NCBI GenBank assembly: GCA_965234725.1
Contig: CBDDUX010000026.1
Span: forward strand, 32,001-96,000
DNA from: Thermoplasmatota archaeon
GTDB lineage: Archaea; Thermoplasmatota; Penumbrarchaeia; Penumbrarchaeales; Penumbrarchaeaceae
Direction: 5' to 3'
DNA length: 64,000 nt
A program made the position numbers and the translations under genes. A model generated the notes under the pieces. The model saw only the letters and a list, made by a program, of their open reading frames with translations. It made no database searches and was not told where the DNA came from. Each line of letters starts with the position of its first letter. Within the stretch, counting starts at the first letter, position 1. Of the stretch, positions 59,079 to 64,000 are shown one piece after another.

Positions 59079-59362
59079 TATATATTATTTATCCTAAGGA
59101 GAATCTTGAACGGATAAGATTGGATTAGTTAATAAAATTGAATTTATATTGAAATATAAATATTATATATTTTTTATACTAAGTCTAACTATCACTTGTT
59201 TATCAATTGAAGATTGTCAAAGAATTCGATGATGGAGTATTGTATAGGCTGATAAAATAAATTTTAAAAATGAATAATATTGGATATATTGTGGTAAAAT
59301 GCCATACAGGAAAGATGTGAGAAATTTAATATCTCAATGAAATAAAATATTAAAGTGATATT

Positions 59363-60199
59363 ATGAAGAGAATGAAGATGGGCATCTATGTAATAGTCAA
59401 AGATAATGAGATGCTGATCTCATCAAAACTACTTCTTTTAAAATATAAGCTCCTTCAAAAAGGGATAACCCACATAGAGATCATAGGTATCGACAATGGT
59501 TCCAATGACCGCACTGCAGAGGTCATGCATTCATCCGGATTCAGGGTCGTAAAACACAATACGACAAGAAGCCTGGAGAGGAACGTAGAAGAGATCAAGA
59601 AACAGGTGGAAAAGTACCAGCATGAGATCATTGTTGTTCTTGACGGAAATTCATCTGTAGAGATCGATACCGTGGTGGAACTGATAGTGTCTTTCCTGGA
59701 TGCCAAGAAGAAACCGGGTATGGGATATATCTCCGAGGTTTCGGATGAAGAGATCGTTAATATGAACTGTCTTATTTTCCTGGCACCTGTTTTCCAGCAA
59801 ATATCGATCAAAGGTTCCAACATCAGAAGCGAGGAACATCTTATATCGTTCGGAAGATCCATGGGTCTAAATGTTGAAGCGAGAAAACCTGTTTTCACAA
59901 GAGATAGCAAAGAAAGCCATCTTCAGAGGATCCCATTGAAATCCGCATGGGACCTGATAAACCAGTACAAGAAGACCTATCCGTTGAGGTATTACGGATT
60001 CATCTCCCTTGCATTCTTTGTTTTTGCCCTTGCCCCCGGGATATATGAGATAAATTACATGATGAAATATACCCACTTGAATTACCCTTCCTTCTTCCTA
60101 ACAGTGGTCCTTGGTGGAATTGGAATGGTATCATTATCCCTGGGTTTGATAATGAATGCTTTGAAGGTCCTTTCCGATAAGGTCAGAGGTATGATGTGA
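59363..60199 (+). CDS. Degenerate GT2 with C-terminal TM helices; paralog of 49160..50011
   Basis: DNGSNDRT retained; 'LDGNSS' in place of DGDGQH; 'YPL.YYG..S' and 'HLNYPSFF' tail. Confidence 0.7.
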   Translation: MKRMKMGIYVIVKDNEMLISSKLLLLKYKLLQKGITHIEIIGIDNGSNDRTAEVMHSSGFRVVKHNTTRSLERNVEEIKKQVEKYQHEIIVVLDGNSSVEIDTVVELIVSFLDAKKKPGMGYISEVSDEEIVNMNCLIFLAPVFQQISIKGSNIRSEEHLISFGRSMGLNVEARKPVFTRDSKESHLQRIPLKSAWDLINQYKKTYPLRYYGFISLAFFVFALAPGIYEINYMMKYTHLNYPSFFLTVVLGGIGMVSLSLGLIMNALKVLSDKVRGMM

Positions 60200-60219
60200 T
60201 AAAATGGAGGTGAAAAAGA

Positions 60220-61203
60220 ATGGATGAGGATATCACATTGTTCCCGGAAAAGGCGAGGATCGGAGTGGCAATATTTGCCTACAACGAGGAGAGTACCGTT
60301 CCTTCGATCGTTGTACTTACCAAGCCTTATACGAAACGGATACTGGTTGTGGATGACGGTTCCAATGACAACACCAAGGTCCTTGCCAAACAGGTTGGGG
60401 CCGAGGTAATATCTTTCCCAAGTAATCTAGGAAAGGGTTACGGTCTGAAAACCGCCTTTGAGTGGGCTATAAAGAACGATCTGGATGTTCTGGTGACCAT
60501 AGACGGAGATGGTCAGCATGACCCAGGGATAATACCATTCCTTGCGGAACCTGTCATAAAGGACAAATTCCAGATCACTATAGGATCAAAAGGTTTCACT
60601 TATCAGGGAAAGAGCAGGAAGGGGTTAAGCTGGAGATTAGGAAACTGGATGACGAAAAAGGCATCAGGGAACAAGACCAGGACGTCCATTTATGACAGAA
60701 GATCCGGATTTCGGGCCTATCATAAGAAAACATTCGACAAGTTCAAGTTCACATCGAAAGGGTTCGAACAGGAAAGGGATATACTTCTCCAGGCAGATGT
60801 TAAAGGTTTCAAGATCGAAGAGATCCCGATGAAGGCCATTTACGGCCAGATGAGCAAGGAGGATATCGGTCTCGGAAACTGGGTCCTATCAAAGATATAC
60901 AATACGATGTCATTTCTCCATATCACATCCCCCATCAGATTGTCCATACTGATCAGTTTGTTCTTCTTCGGACTGACCATCGCTGCGGTGGCTTATTCAC
61001 GTGTGAATTATTCGAATTATGAATTCCTTCCCCCCGGTGGGATATTCGTTGTTATGGTCCTTGTATCACTTTCGGGTTTTATATTGTTGAACGGTATAAT
61101 ATTCGAGGCGATCAAACATATTGGATCGAACATGACCTCATATCTTCAGAAGAACGATCAGGTCAAGCTGGAATATGATCCGCTAAAGGGATTCCAGAGA
61201 TAA
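60220..61203 (+). CDS. GT2 family (DPM-synthase-like); paralog of 49999..50952
   Basis: AYNEE, DDGS.D.T, NLGKG, DGDGQHDP, SGFRAY. Confidence 0.9.
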   Translation: MDEDITLFPEKARIGVAIFAYNEESTVPSIVVLTKPYTKRILVVDDGSNDNTKVLAKQVGAEVISFPSNLGKGYGLKTAFEWAIKNDLDVLVTIDGDGQHDPGIIPFLAEPVIKDKFQITIGSKGFTYQGKSRKGLSWRLGNWMTKKASGNKTRTSIYDRRSGFRAYHKKTFDKFKFTSKGFEQERDILLQADVKGFKIEEIPMKAIYGQMSKEDIGLGNWVLSKIYNTMSFLHITSPIRLSILISLFFFGLTIAAVAYSRVNYSNYEFLPPGGIFVVMVLVSLSGFILLNGIIFEAIKHIGSNMTSYLQKNDQVKLEYDPLKGFQR

Positions 61204-61209
61204 ACACGG

Positions 61210-62166
61210 GTGGTGTCTTTGTACAGAGGAAAGAAAGTGGCAGTGGTGGTTCCGGCCTACAATGAGGAGGTCCTTATCAGGCCCACATTGGAATCAATGC
61301 CTGCTTATCTGGACAGGGTCTATGCTGTGGATGATTGTTCCAAAGATAGAACTGAAGATATTGTGAATTATACTATCAAGAAGAATCCCAATATCGTTTA
61401 TATCAGACACAAGAAGAACCAGGGAGTTGGCGGAGCAATTGCAACTGGGTACAAGAGAGCAGTGAAAGATGGGATGGATATCGTTGCGGTGATGGCCGGT
61501 GACAATCAGATGGATCCCAAGGAACTGCCCAAGTTATTCGATCCGATCATCGATGGAAAGGCGGATTATACCAAGGGGAATAGATTGCTAGCGGATCCTC
61601 ATAAATTTGGTATGTCCCCCTGGAGGCTTACCGGAAATGCAGTATTGACGTTCCTGACGAAGATGGCTTCCGGTTACTGGGACATTATGGATCCCCAGAA
61701 CGGATATGCAGCCATCAGTGCACAGGCAATAAAAGGGATCAATATCGACAAGATGTACAAACGTTACGGATACTGCAATGATCTTCTGGTAAGGTTGAAC
61801 ATACACAATTTCAGGGTAATGGACGTTGACATCCCTGCAAGGTACGGAGCGGAGAAGTCCAAGATCAGGTATGGGACTTATATCAGAAAAGTATCAAAAC
61901 TCCTCATCACAGATTTCCTCTATAGAATGATAGTCAAGTACATGGTCCTCAGCCTTCACCCGCTGGTATTCTTCTACTTCTGGGGTTTCATAATGATCAC
62001 ATTAGGATTCCTCGGCATGATCGGAGGACCTTTCTACAAACATTTCTTCGGAGGGTCCTTGATCCTATCAGAGATCCTTTCATTATTGGTATTGATGGGA
62101 GGTTTCCAGCTAACATTCTTCGGCATGTCCTTCGACATGCAGTCCCAGAGAAAATGCAATCGGTGA
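61210..62166 (+). CDS. GT2 family glycosyltransferase with C-terminal TM helices
   Basis: VVPAYNEE, VDDCSKD, NQGVGGA, MAGDNQMDP, KGNR, DPQNGY. Confidence 0.92.
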   Translation: MVSLYRGKKVAVVVPAYNEEVLIRPTLESMPAYLDRVYAVDDCSKDRTEDIVNYTIKKNPNIVYIRHKKNQGVGGAIATGYKRAVKDGMDIVAVMAGDNQMDPKELPKLFDPIIDGKADYTKGNRLLADPHKFGMSPWRLTGNAVLTFLTKMASGYWDIMDPQNGYAAISAQAIKGINIDKMYKRYGYCNDLLVRLNIHNFRVMDVDIPARYGAEKSKIRYGTYIRKVSKLLITDFLYRMIVKYMVLSLHPLVFFYFWGFIMITLGFLGMIGGPFYKHFFGGSLILSEILSLLVLMGGFQLTFFGMSFDMQSQRKCNR

Positions 62167-62171
62167 ATTAT

Positions 62172-62906
62172 ATGGCAGAAAGAAAGAATGCAATTATAAC
62201 CGGAGCATCAGGTGCTCTGGGAGGAGAAATGGCAAAGTACCTTCATGAAAAAGGATATGATATTATTTTGCATTATAATAGCAATAATGCAAATATTGAT
62301 AATATTATAGATGGATTAGATGAAGGTAAGAATATATCCATAAAATCTGATATTACAAATGAAAATGATGTTTTAAAAATGTTTGAAAGGATCAATGAAG
62401 AATATGGAAAGATCGATTGTCTAATCAATAATGTAGGAATCCACATTGATGCTCCAATTTGGAAATTATCATTGGAGAATTGGAAGAAAGTAATCGATGT
62501 CAATCTTACAGGCACATATCTTTGTTCAAAATATGCAGTACCGATGATGAAACAGAATGGCTTTGGCAGAATAGTGACCATATCTTCAGTTGTCGGTCAA
62601 CGGGGAGAATTTGGAACATCCAATTATGCTGCTTCCAAATCTGGATTGTTCGGTCTGACAAAGACAATTGCCAGAGAAGTTGCAAAATATGACATCACGT
62701 CGAATTGTGTCGTTCTGGGTTATTTCTCCATAGGTATGATCAATGACGTACCTCCAGAAATGCAGGAAACCGTGAAACAAATGATTCCAAAGAAACGATT
62801 TGGGGAACCAAGAGAGCTTAACTCGTTGATAAATTATCTGACATCAGAGGACGCTTCTTATTTGACAGGCCAGATAATCGGTTTGAACGGCGGATATTAT
62901 ATGTAG
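62172..62906 (+). CDS. fabG: 3-oxoacyl-ACP reductase-like SDR
   Basis: TGASGALG, NNVG, W.KVIDVNL, SSVVG, NYAASK, GQIIGLNGG. Confidence 0.8.
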   Translation: MAERKNAIITGASGALGGEMAKYLHEKGYDIILHYNSNNANIDNIIDGLDEGKNISIKSDITNENDVLKMFERINEEYGKIDCLINNVGIHIDAPIWKLSLENWKKVIDVNLTGTYLCSKYAVPMMKQNGFGRIVTISSVVGQRGEFGTSNYAASKSGLFGLTKTIAREVAKYDITSNCVVLGYFSIGMINDVPPEMQETVKQMIPKKRFGEPRELNSLINYLTSEDASYLTGQIIGLNGGYYM

Positions 62907-62920
62907 ATAGGGGGGTTTTT

Positions 62921-63826
62921 TTGGAAGGTTCGATTTCAGTCACCGTTGATGTTGAGGATTGGTATCATATCCCATCGGTAACTGGATCTTCATTTTCGGT
63001 GTATCCGACTGTAGAGGATTTTTTTGAGAAATGGAAAGATAAATATGATTATCTAACAGAACCCACACTAAGAACTCTAAAATTATTGGATGATTTCAAT
63101 GTTAAAGCGACTTTTTTCATAGTTGCGGATGTTGTGGATCATTATCCCGGCTTGGTTGAGAAAATTATCGAACATGGGCATGATATCGCCTGTCATGGTT
63201 TGAATCATGCATGCAATGTCGATTCGGATACTAAAAAGGAAATTTATTCAACTGAAGAATTCAAACAAAGGACATTGAAAGCCAAAGGGATCCTAGAAAG
63301 AATTGCTAAGAATGAGATAATCGGGTATAGGGCTCCGGCAGCATATATTAACGGAAATATCATGGATTCATTGGAAGATATGGGTTTTCGATATGACTCT
63401 TCAGTTTATGTGAATTCATTGATCAATAAAACCGGGATCAAACTTGAAGGTATTTCCACAACTCCATATTATCCAAAAAAGGGTAGTCTTTTACCAGGGA
63501 AAAAAAGGAATTTTGTGGAATTTCCAATGACTCATTGGAATGTCTTCGGGTTCAAATTTCCTACCTCAGGTGGCCCTATGCTTCGTTTCTTCGGAGCTAG
63601 AGTGATCCACCAAGGTATAAAACAGAGTGTTAAACGAGGCCATGCGGTCTTTTATTTTCACCCTATCGATATCTCTTATGAAAAGTTCCCAAATATCGGT
63701 AAAAGAAGACCGATGTATTGGATAATTAAAGGAAAAATTGTTGAAAGAAGATTAAAATATATTTTGAAAAAGATAAAAAAGTACAGAATAATGACTTTAA
63801 ATGAAGCTTTGGAGAATTATTATTAA
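62921..63826 (+). CDS. Polysaccharide deacetylase (CE4) with DUF3473-like C-terminus
   Basis: TVDVEDWYH, KATFF, GHDIACHG..H, GYRAP, YDSS, FYFHP.D. Confidence 0.9.
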   Translation: MEGSISVTVDVEDWYHIPSVTGSSFSVYPTVEDFFEKWKDKYDYLTEPTLRTLKLLDDFNVKATFFIVADVVDHYPGLVEKIIEHGHDIACHGLNHACNVDSDTKKEIYSTEEFKQRTLKAKGILERIAKNEIIGYRAPAAYINGNIMDSLEDMGFRYDSSVYVNSLINKTGIKLEGISTTPYYPKKGSLLPGKKRNFVEFPMTHWNVFGFKFPTSGGPMLRFFGARVIHQGIKQSVKRGHAVFYFHPIDISYEKFPNIGKRRPMYWIIKGKIVERRLKYILKKIKKYRIMTLNEALENYY

Positions 63827-63840
63827 TCGAGGTCCTTTAT

Positions 63841-64000
63841 ATGTCCAATAGAAAATATCCTGAGAAGAAGGCTTTACCCTATACCGTAGTGAAATCCACT
63901 TCAGAAAGGATTAAAATGTCTGCAGAGGAACGTGGATATGAGGGATTATTTGGAAGAATCCATTTTTCATTAAAATATTTAAAAAGTTTTTATTTGAATT
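63841..64000 (+). CDS. Partial gene (3' end outside window), unknown
   Basis: ATG 15 bp after the previous stop with GAGGT upstream; frame is open to the end of the window. Confidence 0.55.
   Translation, partial: MSNRKYPEKKALPYTVVKSTSERIKMSAEERGYEGLFGRIHFSLKYLKSFYLN

Overview
Archaeal genomic window, most likely Thermoplasmatota. This is an inference from the NMD3-family gene, archaeal class III signal peptide pilins, TTTATATA boxes and GGTGA ribosome-binding sites. It holds two cell-surface glycan loci. The left one (0.7-14.7 kb) has an epimerase, GT2/GT8/GT4 enzymes, a Wzm/Wzt ABC exporter and a radical SAM protein. The right one (48.7-64 kb) has a cupin PMI, duplicated degenerate+intact GT2 pairs, a NadE paralog, GT4, AcpS, DUF354, FabG and a polysaccharide deacetylase. 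Between them lie a CARF-like/HTH regulator divergent from a probably inactive XPD/DinG-like helicase plus MBL hydrolase, an FG-GAP adhesin, two repeat coiled-coil/Zn-ribbon proteins, a membrane-spanning J-domain protein, two giant (~2200 aa) pilin-headed CARDB/VWA proteins followed by two pilin-like genes, and nmd3-ahcY-metK. The most striking unannotated signal is a family of at least seven co-oriented micro-ORFs (32-56 aa, below the ORF-track cutoff) at 51.4-57.8 kb. They share a C-terminal R-[EQR]-I-phi-phi-[LF]-[RTS]-Y-P motif and are interspersed with two stand-alone HicB-like domains. A MITE-like element with 19-bp inverted repeats lies at about 58.94-59.08 kb. No rRNA, tRNA or CRISPR array was found.
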